Assembly (NCBI GenBank): GCA_965287045.1
Contig: OZ336886.1
Span: 45,818,001-45,882,000 of the forward strand
Length of the DNA stretch: 64,000 bases
Direction of reading: 5' to 3'
From: Carcharhinus amblyrhynchos
Taxonomy: Eukaryota
The notes below the pieces were generated by a model, which saw only the letters and a program-made list of their open reading frames with translations, made no database searches and had not been told where the DNA came from. The translations under genes and the position numbers were made by a program. Positions 37,249-50,190 of this stretch are shown in pieces; position 1 is the stretch's first letter; every line of letters starts with the position of its first letter.

Positions 37249-39079
37249 CATTGAATCTGCTTCCTTTACCCTTTCAACAGGGTAAGTGGTGAAAAGAGGA
37301 GAGAGAGTGAAGTGTGGGGTTGAGCACTCCAGTGAGTTTTACCCTGCAATGATCTAACTTGAATCATGGATTAATTTATCAGCTCAGTCTAAAACTCTTC
37401 TCTTTTTTTTGATGCAAACATTTTTTAAGCATTTGCATTGTGCCTAAGAAGGGAAAGAATAAGTCCTGAGGACACCTAAAGCCATTGAGTATACGCAGGT
37501 CATAGATTAGCTTTACAAAAAATATCACCCTACGCTGCCAAATAATATGTCACCACCCCAAACCAAAGCCACTATTATGGGTTGGATTGCCAGGACGCAT
37601 CTGTGGCCCTACACCTGTCATTTATACCACTGGCTTTAGTTGTCTTATCTCAGTAACTGATTCACCGACTCTACTTTGCAGAGCCACAACTCTGCAGCCA
37701 AGAGAGCCCCGGTCTCTAATCTGAACAAGGACATGTATAAAAGGCGCAAGAGGAGAATTCCACTGTGCAGTTACGTGGCTCTGAAAATTAACCATCTGAG
37801 CCACACGTAGACGCTCTCACTGAGACCAATACTTTACGGCAAATTAGCGCTGAGCTGTTTTACATTGTGGATCTGGCCCAAGCCTCATTTTTATTTTATG
37901 TCCCAGTGCTTTGGCATGCCTGGCTGTGTTAAAGGCACTTTACAAGTACAAGTTGTGGTATTTGCTGGGAGGCACAGTGCCACGTTGCTGTCTCACCAGG
38001 TGCCAAAGACCCAGATCCATTCCAGCCGTGGTGATTGTGTGGAGGTTGCACCTTCTCCCCGTGCCTGCGTCGGTTTCTTTTGCACCCAACTGTCAGCCCT
38101 CATCCCCCTCACTGCTCTAGCATGCACACAGCCCAACCAAGTCTGCAAACGCACGCAGTAAATTTTAAAACCGCTTTTTTGTACACATAGGAATTGTCAC
38201 AAACTCCTTCCCTCTAAAATATCTCAGTAAATTCCTTGCCTCCACCGATGATCTGCTTTCCTCATTCACATTGTAATAATAGCGATAACAAGCGCAAGGA
38301 ATGCAGATGCACACCACAGGCAAGTTCTCCTTCAGCCAAGGCCCACTAATGTGTGCAGTCTCCCCAGAGCGTGACTGCTCAACTTGTATAGAAATCCCTC
38401 TAATTGCCTATTTTCTTATACAAAAAAAATCAATGGCAGTGAACAGCCTGCAGTGGTTATGTCATCCCTGTGCGCTGACATCATGGTATTGGCTTGCATC
38501 CAATCCAGTAGTGTTGGCATGCTGGGGAGTCGGAGGGGGATAGAGGACTGGAATTGCGACTGACGGGCTGTTATAATGAATCTACTGTAACCTTAAAAAC
38601 CTGTTGTGGTTCAAGCCCTTGCGTTCAGCTGCAGAATTTGCGGAATGCTGCGGAAAGGTCCGGTAGGAATAAGGAGGATGCTACACTAGTTTTTGGGCTC
38701 ACTGCAGTAAAATTGCAGGTGTGTTACTTCATGTAATGTAAGGGTGCCTCTCTGTCAACTGTAATTCCTTGGGTATTTGCAAATCCATTACATGTCAGTG
38801 TCACAGATGTGGGGAAGTGATCGATTACTGGGAGATGTCCCTTTGGGGCAGGAGTGAAGTAACTGAAAATTTGAGGCCATGCATTCTGTAGTTCTAAGCC
38901 CAGAGCACTGTAACATCATTGGGGAGGAAACACAAAGCTGGAGTACTGAAGGTGAAAGAATAGACTGATACATTGAGATTAAGTAGAGTGGTTAGCATAA
39001 ACACTGGCAGAGATCTGTTGGGCTGAATGGCCTGTGTCCGTGCTCTTATACAATTCCATGTAACACTATAAACCGCCAA

Positions 39080-39220
39080 CGTCAGTAAAGAGGCCAAAAT
39101 CCTAAAACTCCCTCCCTAACCACATGGTGTACCTACACCACATGGACTGCAACATTTCAAGAAGACAGCCCATCAACATGTTCTCAAAGGCAACTAGGGA
39201 TGGGCAATAAATGCTGGTCT
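39080..39220 (+). mobile_element. LINE family B 3' end
   Basis: AACTCCCTCCCTAAC..GGGATGGGCAATAAATGCTGG. Confidence 0.75.
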
Positions 39221-39480
39221 AGCGGCAGCAAGTGGTTAGCACTGCTGCCTCACACAGCCTGGGATCTGGGGTTCGATTCCCAACTTGGGTCATTTTCTGT
39301 GCAGAGTCTGCATGTTCTCCCTGTGTCTCTGTGGGTTTCCTCCCACAGTCCAAAAGACGTGCTGGTTAGGTGCACTGGCCATGTGAAATTCTCCCTCAGT
39401 GTAACCTACTAAGGGATTTTTGGAGTTACGTCATTGTAGTGTTAAAGTAAGCCTACTTGTGACACTAATAAATAAACTTC
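39221..39480 (+). mobile_element. V-SINE type B
   Basis: Head, V-domain and CTTGTGACACTAATAAATAAACTT tail. Confidence 0.87.
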
Positions 39481-39890
39481 ATTTGAATGAAAAATTCATT
39501 CGAGGGATGCTCACATCCCTCAAATGAATTTTTCCAAGAAGATCTCCAGTTATGTGGCAGAGAAAAATAGGGAATAAAGCTGCTCATACTCAGGCCAGCT
39601 GAGTCACTTCACCCCAATCTCAAACTATATCCCACTCCATCATTGTAAAACATTTCCACATCACAGAACACCAGCTTAAACCATTTCCTGGGAGGTGGGC
39701 AAGCTTCATGCTCATTAATTATTTTTGTAGTGTGGTATCACATCTATTGGGATCAAGACTGTCTGAACTGATTTCATGTAGGACACCAAGCAGAGAAGGG
39801 AGACTTATCAATTGGTTAGTCAGGAGGATTGCGAGGGATGATAAACCTGTGGAAGGAAGTTGGAGAATTAGGAGAGAGTACAGCGATAAG

Positions 39891-40427
39891 TGTTAGAAAG
39901 TAACTGGCAAGTTACTACATAATCGGATGTAATGTGACCAATGTAACAAGCTGTAAGGGTCAGTTCATCCAGTAAACCATGGAACCAATTACAGAACGAT
40001 GTGATACTCAGCTGACTCAGTATAAATGAGAATCTGTTGGGAATTGTGGGAGAGCTTAGAATGGCCTGGAGCAAGACTCCAAGTTTGGAGTAATGAAGTT
40101 TCTTTATTAAACACTTTTTTTGATTTATAAGTTGGAGTAAGTTTTTGTGATGACTTCAGCCAGGCTAGTGAGATTGGTTTGCTAGAGTATGAACTGCTAG
40201 ATGAGTCTCAATCGATGGTTAAATCAGGGAGCCTCATGCTTCCTATTTAAAGCAGGTGTGTCAGACTCCCAGCCTGCATTTAGCAGGGGGCAACTGGAGA
40301 GCTGGCTGTGTACAGATGTGTGGTGTAAATAAAGCAACTTGGTGACGGGACTTCCGCCTCCGTGGAGCTATTACAATTTTGTTGTATGTTTATTGTCTGT
40401 ATTTGAAGAGTTCCTTCTGGAGAAACG
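39891..40427 (+). mobile_element. Solo LTR (36756 family) containing a nested solo LTR, within an L2
   Basis: Colinear with the reverse complement of 36756-37056 over 39891-40145 and 40381-40427. Confidence 0.75.
40146..40375 (+). mobile_element. Nested 230-bp solo LTR
   Basis: TG..CA ends, TSD GTTTT/ATTTT, TATTTAAA and AATAAA. Confidence 0.7.
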
Positions 40428-41429
40428 GTGGGGAGGGAGAGTGAGGTGAGGCCAGTTAGAAGGCTGAGAATTTTAAATTAGAAGCAGTGGGAAGACCAAG
40501 AGCTAATATAGGTCAGGGAGTGATGAATCTGCAGGAATTGTGCAGGATGGGATTATGTGAGGCAGAGGTTTCGGTTGGAGCGTGGAGTGGGCACCCTCAC
40601 ACCTTCTGTTTAAATCATTTACGTTGAATGAGCACAGCTTCACACTAAGTGAACCATCTGGTGCAGCTTAAAGTCACACAGACCAGATGATCAGGTTTGT
40701 TAATCTGAACTCAGCCTGGGATGGCCTCAGTGTCATTCCAGCCAGCATTGCTTGACCTCACCGCCATGTGTTTGGCTCCCTGTGGCCAGGTGGATACAGG
40801 ATGAAGATAGAAGCTTTGTACAACGTGCAGTAGAATTTTTTCCCATGCCGTCACTCTCTGGGACATACTGGGAACTGAGGCGACTCAAAAGCAGTTTGAT
40901 CGGGGAAAATGGCCCTTTAAGAGAACGTGACCCTGGGAAAGCATGTGTGGGAGTTGCTTTAATATCTGCTCCAAATTGTTCAGTGTAAACACACAGTGAT
41001 ACTCTTTATTTTCTTAGTATGGGCTAAGCTGACTAACAGACCACTAAAACAACCTTAAGGACACATGTTTCTTTTTCCCCCTGTTAAGCAAATAAGCCCC
41101 AATGCTCCCATGAATAAAACACTTGTTTTTCCCCCAAACGCGTTCTAAATCTGAACCAGCATTGCGTAAAGGACACTTTGGAAATATCCATGTGACGTTG
41201 TGGACGGGGATTTTTAACCCTGTCATTGCAGGGTTTGATAAGAGATTAACCAAATGTACTAATTCAATGGTATGTTCACATTCCAGAACCAATTTTCAGG
41301 TGAAGTCCTGGACTCTGAGCATTGGCTGGTTCTTTGTGGCTGTACAAGAGAGACCAAGTGGAAACTGACCTTGTTCAATGATTTGATTTGAATTATTACT
41401 ATGAATTACTATTACTATATATTTGAATT

Positions 41430-42163
41430 AGGGACCTCGGGGTCCTTGTGCATGAGTCGCAAAAACCCAGCTTGCAGGTGCAGCAGGTGGTCAGGAAGGC
41501 GAATGGGATGCTGGCCTTCATAGCGAGGGGGATTGAATATAAAAGTAGGGAGGTCTTGCTGCAGCTGTATAGGGCATTGGTGAGGCCGCAGCTGGAGTAC
41601 TGTGTGCAGTTTTGGGCGCCGCACCTGCGCAAGGATATTTTGGCCCTGGAGGGAGTGCAGAGGAGGTTTACTAGGCTGATACCGGAGTTGAGGGGGTTGA
41701 GCTATGAGGAGAGGCTGAATAAACTAGGCTTGTACTCGTTAGAGTTTAGAAGAATGAGGGGAGATCTCATTGAGACGTATAAGATGATGAATGGGATGGA
41801 TAGGATAGAGGTGGAAAGACTCTTCCCGCTCAAAAAAGACAGTAGGACTAGGGGGCACAGCCTCAAGATAAAGGGGGGGCGGTTCAGAACGGAGTTGAGG
41901 AGGAACTTCTTCACTCAAAGGGTGGTGAATCTCTGGAATTCTCTGCCCGTTGAAGTGGTGGAGGCTGCCTCGCTAAATATTTTTAAGAAGCGGGTTGATG
42001 GGTTTTTGATAAGAGAGGGGATTAAGGGTTATGGGGAGAGGGCGGGAAAGTGGAACTGAGCCACGACAGATCAGCCATGATCTTATTGAATGGCGGGGCA
42101 GGCTCGAAGGGCCAGATGGCCTACTCCTGCTCCTATTTCTTATGTTCTTATGTTCTTATGTTC
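41430..42163 (+). mobile_element. Young 5'-truncated CR1 LINE inserted into a Rex1-type tail
   Basis: ORF 41448-42059 is near-identical to 9882-10634; (TTCTTATG)3 tail; TSD TTACTAT at 41396-41402 and 42164-42170; host Rex1 tail (minus strand) continues to about 42285. Confidence 0.96.
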
Positions 42164-42451
42164 TTACTATTGTCATATGTATTAGCATACAGTGAAAAGC
42201 ATTGTTTCTTGCACACTGTACAGACAAAGCATACCATTCATGGAGAAGGAAAGGAGAGAGTGCAGAATGTGGTGTTACACTGCTGTACATGGACAGGCAA
42301 TATCAAGCCAATATTTCACTGACAGCAGATGATTGGTGGTGGTCAGTCCCAGGCTTGTACAGCTCAATGCGTGTGTGTGCATACTCGCCACACAAACACA
42401 CATGCACCTTGCACTCATGCTAAAACAGAGTTTCAGTAGGAGCCACTGATT

Positions 42452-42705
42452 GGGCAGCACGGTGGCATAGTGGTTAGCACTGCTGCCTCACAGTGCCAGG
42501 AGCCCGGATTCAATTCTTAGCTTGGGTCACTGTCTGCATGTTCTCCCTGTGCTCTGGTTTCCTCTGATTTCCAAAGATGTGCTGGTTAGGTGCATTAGCT
42601 GTGCTCCCTCAGTGTACCCAAATAGGCAACTATGGGATTTTCACAGTAACTTCATTGCACTGTAAATGTAAGCCTACTTCTGACCAATAAATAAACTTAG
42701 AACTT
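42452..42705 (+). mobile_element. V-SINE type B (with deletions)
   Basis: Head and type B tail. Confidence 0.85.
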
Positions 42706-42971
42706 ACTTAACTTGGCCATCAGGCGCCTGATTTTTCCTACACCCAGCCCCTGAGCTTCGAATCCAATCAACATATCTCACTGCAAGCTAAGACCAGAGT
42801 AAAATAATTGTGCAGTGTCGACTGCACATTGGGGAACCGTCTTCAAAAACAGCTGTAAGATTTGACACATATGCAAAAACGTATGTCCAGCTGCACAGAG
42901 GGCACACATTTGAGGACTTGGCTGCAGTCTGTGAGACACTTCAGTGTAGTGCAGTATGTTCAATAATATTG

Positions 42972-43297
42972 TGCACGGTGGCACAGTGGTTAGCACTGCT
43001 GCCTCACAGCACCAGGGACCCGGGTTCAATTCCTGGCATGGGGTCTCTGTCTGTGTGGAGTTTGCACATTCTCTCCATGTCTGCGTGGGGTTCCTCCGGG
43101 TGCTCCAGTTTCCTCCCACAGCCCAAAGGTGCGTGGGTTAGGTGGATTGGCCATGCAAAATTGATCCTGAGTGTCAGGGGGATTAGCAGGGTACATGTGT
43201 GATATTATGGGAATAGGTCTTGAGTGGGATTGTGATTGAAGCAGACTCAGTGGGCCGAATGGCCTCCTTCTGCACTGCAGGATTCTACGATTCTACG
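42972..43297 (+). mobile_element. HE1 V-SINE
   Basis: Full length. Confidence 0.92.
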
Positions 43298-44055
43298 CTC
43301 CACAGCACAAACCATGTATTCTGTGCTCAAATATCTTCCCAATAAACAAGGGACAGAGCGACGCTTTCATTGCGAAAAGCTGTACATCAAACATCTTTTC
43401 GAAAACTGATGAATGACAGGGACTAATGACTTTGTCGAGTCCTGCGAAGCAGTTGGGCAGTGGGGGAGGAATCTTGCCTTGTCACCTGATACGCGACAGC
43501 AATCAAAACAAGCTGGTAATAGCAGGCAGCTGAGTCAACACCAGTCGCAGAGGATCCGCTGCACAGTCACAGTAAAATCTGCAACAGTCCACACAGTGAA
43601 CATTTCCCTCGGAAGCTGCCCCCTTCACAAATAATTAACACTGCAAACGGCTAAATAGTGAGAGCGTAATCCGCCATTAATACAACACCTTTCCAGAAAA
43701 ATGCCTGACAGGAGCCCCATACAACTAACTCTGATCCTGAGCCACATACAGAAATTTTAGGCTTTAGGGAGGATCTTAAAAAGGAGAGAGAGAGAGAGAT
43801 GGAGAGACTTAGGGAGCGGAAGGCAGTGATGAAGATCCGGGATGAATTGAGGAGATATTTCTCTTCAGTAAAGATGGAAGGTGAAGTACTTGCTCAAACT
43901 TTGAGATGCACCAAGAGCTTCTCCTGGTCCACGTTTTATAATGGCTCCCCTCCTCCTATTTCAGTGGCAGTGTGGTAAAGAGCATGGAGCACCCACCTTA
44001 TCGTTTCCTTATGTTGGAATTTGATTTTATCACTGACCCAAATAAAGATAATTGG

Positions 44056-44355
44056 GGGGCACAGTGGTTAGCCAGGATCCCAGGTTCAACTCCGGCCTCA
44101 GGTCACTGTTTGTGTGGAGTTCGCATGTCCTCCCCTTAAGTCTGAGTGGATTTCCTCCAGGTGCTCCAGTTTTCTCCCACACTCCAAAGATGTGCGAGTG
44201 AGGTTGATTGGCCATGCTCAATTGCCCCTAATATCAGAGGGATTAGCAGCGTTGGGGTTAGTTTGGGAATAGGGTCTGGGTGGGTTTGTGGTCAGTACAG
44301 GCTCGATGGGCTGAATGGCCTCCTTTACACTGTATGGATTCAATGATTCTATGAT
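44056..44355 (+). mobile_element. HE1 V-SINE
   Basis: Head, V-domain and tail. Confidence 0.88.
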
Positions 44356-44431
44356 ACGTAAAATGGAGATACTTAACTGGATTTTAATGCTTTGTCTGCT
44401 TTTCTGCCACTTTATCATTTTCAGTGTAGAT

Positions 44432-44733
44432 TAAGCCAGCATAATTAAGGACCCCACGCACCACGGACATTCTGTCTCCCATCTTCTTCCGTCAGGAAAA
44501 AGGCACAAAAGTTTGAGGTCACGTACCGCCCGACTCAAGAACAGCTTCTTCCCTGCTGTCATCAGACTTCTGAGTGGACCTACCTTGCATTAAGTTGATC
44601 TTTCTCTACACCCTAGCTATGACCGTAACACTACATTCTGCACTCCCTTCTTTCCTTCTCCATGTACAGTATGCTTTGTCTATACAAGAAACATTACTTT
44701 TCACTGAATATTAACAATAATAAATCAAATCAA
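44432..44733 (+). mobile_element. Rex1/Babar-type LINE 3' end
   Basis: Translates SIIKDPTHHGH..LLPSGKRHKSLRSRTARLKNSFFPAVIRLL; tail AATAAATCAAATCAAA. Confidence 0.8.
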
Positions 44734-45215
44734 AGCATTGGGTGAAGGGAGTCTAAAAAGCCATTCCCAACCAGTGTCATCATTTGCAAGTCAGGATTGG
44801 GTGGCACAGTGAGAAATGTCATTGGTTCATTTTGACCCCTATCTCTTTATTGGACAGAGCAAAATGGCCAAATATTATAAATATTTGCTACCAGTGCAGA
44901 AAGACTGAAAGTAGTAAGGAGAGGGGTTGAGATTATTGGCATTGTTGTTGATCTACACAAGTAAGAGAGTGGCAATTAGGGTCAGTGGGTTCTGGATTCT
45001 CCCATCAGCAGTGGGTCAACATCCTGGAGTTCCCAGCCTCGACACCTTCAGAAGTGGGGTGATAGCTACAAGCACACAGAGACCACAAAGACCTCTGCTC
45101 AACATCTAATCCAAAGGACTGTCATCTGACTGCAGTTTAGTTGCTTGGCCCTGGACTAGGGTTCAACTCTGCAAGCTTTTGGCCAAGAAGATGAGAGTGC
45201 TGCCAAATGATCCAA

Positions 45216-45530
45216 GGGCGGGCATGGCGGCACACAGGTTAGCGCTGCTGCCTCACAGGACCCAAGTTCAAATTTGGTCTTGCGTCACTGTCTGTGTAGA
45301 GTTTGCACATTCTCCCTGTGTCCGCGTGGGTTTCCTGTGGGTGCTCCAGTTTCCTCCCACACTAAAAGATGTGCAGGTTAGATTAAATGGCTGTGCTAAA
45401 TTGACCCTCGTGTCAGGAAGATTAATAGGGTAGATATGTGAGGTTACAGGGATAGGGTCTGGCTGGGACTGTGGTCGGTGCAGGCTCGATGGGTCGAATG
45501 GCATCCTTCTGTGCTGTCAGGATTCTATGA
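45216..45530 (+). mobile_element. HE1 V-SINE
   Basis: Head, V-domain and tail. Confidence 0.88.
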
Positions 45531-46460
45531 ATCTAAGTCGGTTCTATGAAGACACAAGGGCAGGAGGACTGAATATGTCAGTGTGTGCTTTGCAAATGGT
45601 CCATAGAAGGAAGAGATGTAATGTACTGGAAGGTCTCATGTTATTCCACTTCATTCACATTTCCATGCTAAAGAAAGTCCACCACCACCTCCTCAGGGAG
45701 TCTTGCCAGCAGAGCACACATCCTGTGAATGAATAAAATGGATGTGTCTGTTCTAGATGATGAGAATTTGTTTGCTTTGCCCATTTGCATTTCCCAATGA
45801 TGCATGATCTGCAGACACTAACGGCCCAGACTCACTCACACACACACACACAGGAATACCTCAATGTATACACTGGAGATTGCCTGTCACTGGTGCATCT
45901 CTACTTTGAAGAGAGGAGATAACAGAGTGAGAAGAAGTAAAACAAAAAATAAAACATGAATCCACCCGACCATGCCCAGTCCAAATTACATCTTTGAGTC
46001 ACTGCCTAGCCCTGCAGGGTAGGGAGTTAAGATTGACGAGCGCTGAACCAACTCAGAGAAAACACTCTCTGTATGGGAAAGTGAATCTTTACAATCGTGG
46101 GATTCAGAGTGCAGACTCTCATCATTAGTTGCTGGCAAATACTTTTGTCTGGCTGGTTCGTCAGAAATTAAAGGGCAGTCACAGCATGGGAATACACGTA
46201 TCTGTCACTAGGTGGAGGGACAACGATGCAATTGGAAGGACCATGCTCCCTGCAACATCAACTCTATACAATGATCCACGTTCATTACAATAGAAAGAAA
46301 GATTGAAGTGGTATTATAACTGCCTTCATTACGACAACGTTGGGTCAGATAGCAACTAATAAAGTTTGCCTCTGACAGGGAACTTGCCCCTTTTCAATTA
46401 AATTAAAAAACGGGACAATCTTCCGTAAAATAAGAGAACATCATTAATCCTATGATGAAG

Positions 46461-46850
46461 GCCAACTGTGACTCAGTGGGTAGAACTCTCAGCTCTGAGT
46501 CAGGGAGAGATGGGTTCATCTCAGACACCAGAAACTTGGGCTGATAATCCGGGCTGACACTCGTGTAGTACTGATGGGGTGCTGCACTTTCAAAGGCGCT
46601 ATCCTTCCAGCATGTTGTTAATCCTAGGCCTTGTTTAATCTCTTGAATGAACATGAAAGATTCCAGAGCACCATTTCTCCCCTGTGTCCAGGCCAAAGGT
46701 TTTTGCCGAACTCATGTCATTAGAACAGATTGACTATTATCTCATTGAAGTTGGGGAAAAAGCATTGTGTGCAAATCAGCTGCCACACTTTCAAACTTCA
46801 TTAGATGTACTCCACATCCAGACATCCTAAGGTTTCAGAGGGCATTGTGT
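46461..46850 (+). mobile_element. Near full-length old Deu-domain SINE
   Basis: GACTCAGTGGGTAG..CTGAGTCAG head; GTAGTACTGA..GTGCTGCAC; TGTGTGCAAATCAGCTGCC. Confidence 0.65.
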
Positions 46851-46880
46851 TTCCATTAGGACCTTCTTGGTAGAGCACGT

Positions 46881-47058
46881 CATAGAAGCACAGAATCGCT
46901 ACATTGTTGAAGGAGATCATTTGGCCCATCAAGTCTGCACAAACCACAATCCCACCCAGGCCCTATCCCCATAATGCCACGTATTTACCCTGCTAATCTC
47001 CCTGGCACTAATAGTCAGTTTATCATGGCTAATCAGCCTAACATGCACATCTTTGGAG
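46881..47058 (-). mobile_element. HE1 3' half
   Basis: Tail and body match the other copies. Confidence 0.8.
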
Positions 47059-47396
47059 TCTTTCTCATGAACATTTCAGTTAGTTGTGAGGTGCGTCAGC
47101 ATGACCTGTTCAGGATAAGGGAGGCACAGTAAGATGGATTCTTGATGTAATAAAAGGCTGCTTATTGTAGTATTGATGTCCCACCACTAGATGCCATTAG
47201 CACCACCACTAAACTTTATAGTGATGGTGGACACCCCACTGCACTTACTCATTCTTTCATTATTTAGTGCACTTTTTTTCAATCACCGAGCTGTTGAGGG
47301 ACTTAAGTCACATGAATAGATTGAGGAAGCTGAAGTTGTTCACTTTAAAGAGAAGGTTAAGAGGTGATTTGATTTCCAATGTTATGAGGGTTCTGA

Positions 47397-47861
47397 TAGA
47401 AACACAGAAGCAAGAAGCAGGAGCAGGCCATTCGGCCCTTCAAGCCTGCTCCGCTATTCATTTTGATCATGGCTGATCATCGAATTCAATATCCTGATCT
47501 CTCCTTCCTCCCATATCCCTTAATCCCTTTTGCCCCAAGAGCTTTATCTAATTTCTTCTTAAAATCAGACGTTTTGGCCTCAACTACATTCTGTGGTAGT
47601 GAATTCCATACATCCATCACTCTCTGGGTGAAGACATTTCTCCTCACCTCAGTTCTAAAAGATTTACCCTTTATCCTCAAACTATGACCCCATAGTTCTG
47701 AACTCCCCCACCATCGGGGGCATTCTTTCTGAATCTACCCTGTTTAATCCTGTTAGAAACTTATAAGTTCCTATGAGATCCTTCCTCACTCTTCTAAACT
47801 CCAGTGAATATAATCCCAACCAACTTAATCTCTTCTCATGTGACAGACCTGCCATCCCAGG
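47397..47861 (-). mobile_element. CR1 3' fragment inserted in an older plus-strand CR1 (about 47290-48205)
   Basis: LGLYSLEFRRVRKDLIGTYK and RRNVFTQRVMDVWNSLP; the host joins TTCTGATAG / GATAGAGAG. Confidence 0.88.
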
Positions 47862-48269
47862 ATAGAGAGAGAGAGAAACTGTTTCCATTGATGGAAGGGT
47901 TGAGAGCCAGAGGACAATCCAAGATAACTGACAAAAGAACAAACGGCACCACGAGAAGAAATCTTTATATTGTTCAGTGGATGGTTAAGATCTAGAATGC
48001 ACGACCTGAGGGTGCAGTAGAGTTAGATACAAACCAAAGCTTCAGAAACAAAATTGGATAAGCACCTGAAGAGAAAAACAATTTGCAGGAAATGGTGGGG
48101 AAACTGAAATGAGGAAATTGGGACTGAGTTGTTCTTGCAAAGAACTGGTACAGACAGGGCAGGTCAAATGACCTCCTTCTGCACTGGAACCATTCTATGA
48201 TTCTACCATAATATTAACAGACTATTCAAGAAAGTCATGACATTTTCACTACCTACTCATATAATTGGT

Positions 48270-48567
48270 AAAGTTTAATGTTAGCCTACTTGGGTCACAA
48301 GTAGACTAACATTAACACCGCAATGAAGTTATCCCCTAGTCACCACACTCCGACGCCTGTTCGGCTACACTGAGGGAGAATTTAGCACAGCCAATGCACC
48401 TAACCAGCACGTCTTTCGGATTGTGGGAGGAAACTGGAGCATCCGGAGGAAACCCACGCAGATACGGGGAGAATGTGCAGACTCCGCAAAGACAGTGACC
48501 CATGCGGGAATCAAACCCGAGTCCCTGGCACTTGTGAGGCAGCAGTGCTAATCACTGCGCCACCGGC
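48270..48567 (-). mobile_element. V-SINE type B
   Basis: Head, V-domain and type B tail. Confidence 0.88.
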
Positions 48568-48944
48568 CATGTTACAAACCGCCTCTTCACGCATTCCAAC
48601 CACCTCAGATCCATTTTAATACGAGGCATAGTAGAATAATACCACCCATTGGCCTAGAAAGGGCTTTTGCAGTCTGCGGTTCAACCCTGCCACCATTTTG
48701 TGCTGACTGCTCTCCATTTTGATCAACTGCTCACCCATTTTGTTGCACCCAAATGTGTGATGCACAGGTGTAAAGTGCGCAAAAGGCACTGTACCAACTT
48801 TTCCCTCCTCTTGGGACCCCTTTAGGCTCATTAACAGGCCTCTGAGAATTGGCTGGGGACAGGACACCACATGCTTACTAAACTGCTGCCATTCCATGGA
48901 TTCCTCCTTACACAAGAGAATATTTCACCTCACTCACCTCGCAA

Positions 48945-49405
48945 TAAGTTGATCTTTCTCTACACCCTAGCTATGACTGTAACACTACATTCTGTACTCT
49001 CTCCTTTCTTGCTCTATGCATGGTATGCTTTATCTGTATAGTGTGCAAGAAACAATATTTTTCACTGTATCCCCATACCTGTGACAATAATAAATCAAAT
49101 ATTAAGTTGATCTTTTTCTACACCCTAGTTTTGACTGTAACACTATCTTCTGCACTCTCTCCTTTCTTTCTCTATGCACGGTATGCTTTATCTGTATAGT
49201 GTGCAAGAAACAATACTTTTCACTGTATCCCAATACATGTGACAATAATAAATCAAATATTAAGTTGATCTTTCTCTACACCCTAGCTATGACTGTAACA
49301 CTACATTCTGCACTCTCCTTTATGAACAGTATGCTTTGTCAATATAGCACGCAAAAAAAATACTTTTCACTCTATACTAATACACGGGACAATAATAAAA
49401 TCAAA
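48945..49405 (+). repeat. Tandem trimer of a Rex1-type 3' UTR, 158-bp period
   Basis: TAAGTTGATCTTT starts at 48945, 49103 and 49261; matches 44591-44733. Confidence 0.9.
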
Positions 49406-50190
49406 CCAATCAAGCCAGCAAGAAATCTCAATATTTTTCCCCAGCGCCCATGATCCCAAACAGAACTCCACCAAACTGTAAACACCTTTCGCAATGCAAG
49501 TGAATTACACAGTCCTCTGAACGTTAAATCCTTTGGTGCAGTGAAATAGTCAGAACCTGAACTAATTCTACAAACCAATGGATCAGGCTGCCCAAAGGAG
49601 GGTGGCGGGGACGTTGAGAAGGATATCTCTTCACAAGAGAGAGAGAGAGAGAGATGGGAGGGTTGGATTTCTTCTAGCCCTACCACACACACACATACAC
49701 CACTCAAACAGCTCAGGGAACAAAGCAAATGAAGTCAAAAGAGAGAGTGAGAGAGAGAGACGACAACACAAAGCACAGCTTCAGCTAATTCACTCAGCCA
49801 GTCCCACACTCGCTCTGCTCCAGCTCAATAAATTTTAAATCGACGACAGACCACTTCTCCCTCTCTCTCATTTTGCTGGAATACAAACGTGTTCTGACAA
49901 GCACAGGATAGAGAAAATGGACAACAAAGATGACTTTGAAAAGTCCAACTAATACCAGAAACAATTTTAAAAATCACATTTAAATAAATTGAGGAGAAAG
50001 CTGCACCCCCCCACATTCGCTCCCCCCCCCACAAAAATTGCTTGTAATCTGCAAGAAATATTTCAAAATTATTACTTCTTAAAAAAAAAACCTTTCAGAA
50101 GGGAGTTTTTTTTAAATCAAGTTGGCCCCCCTCACTTTACAGCTCCCACACAAATGAGGGAACTCTCTGCTAACTTGCCCAGTTCCTTAC

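Noticed and set aside
44455-44475. REST/NRSE-like GCACCACGGACA (and a partial match near 59772)
   Set aside because: Lacks the TCAG and trailing G of the consensus, and the first match lies inside a Rex1 ORF remnant
48945-49405. CRISPR-like array
   Set aside because: Head-to-tail units with no unique spacers, derived from a LINE 3' UTR in a vertebrate genome
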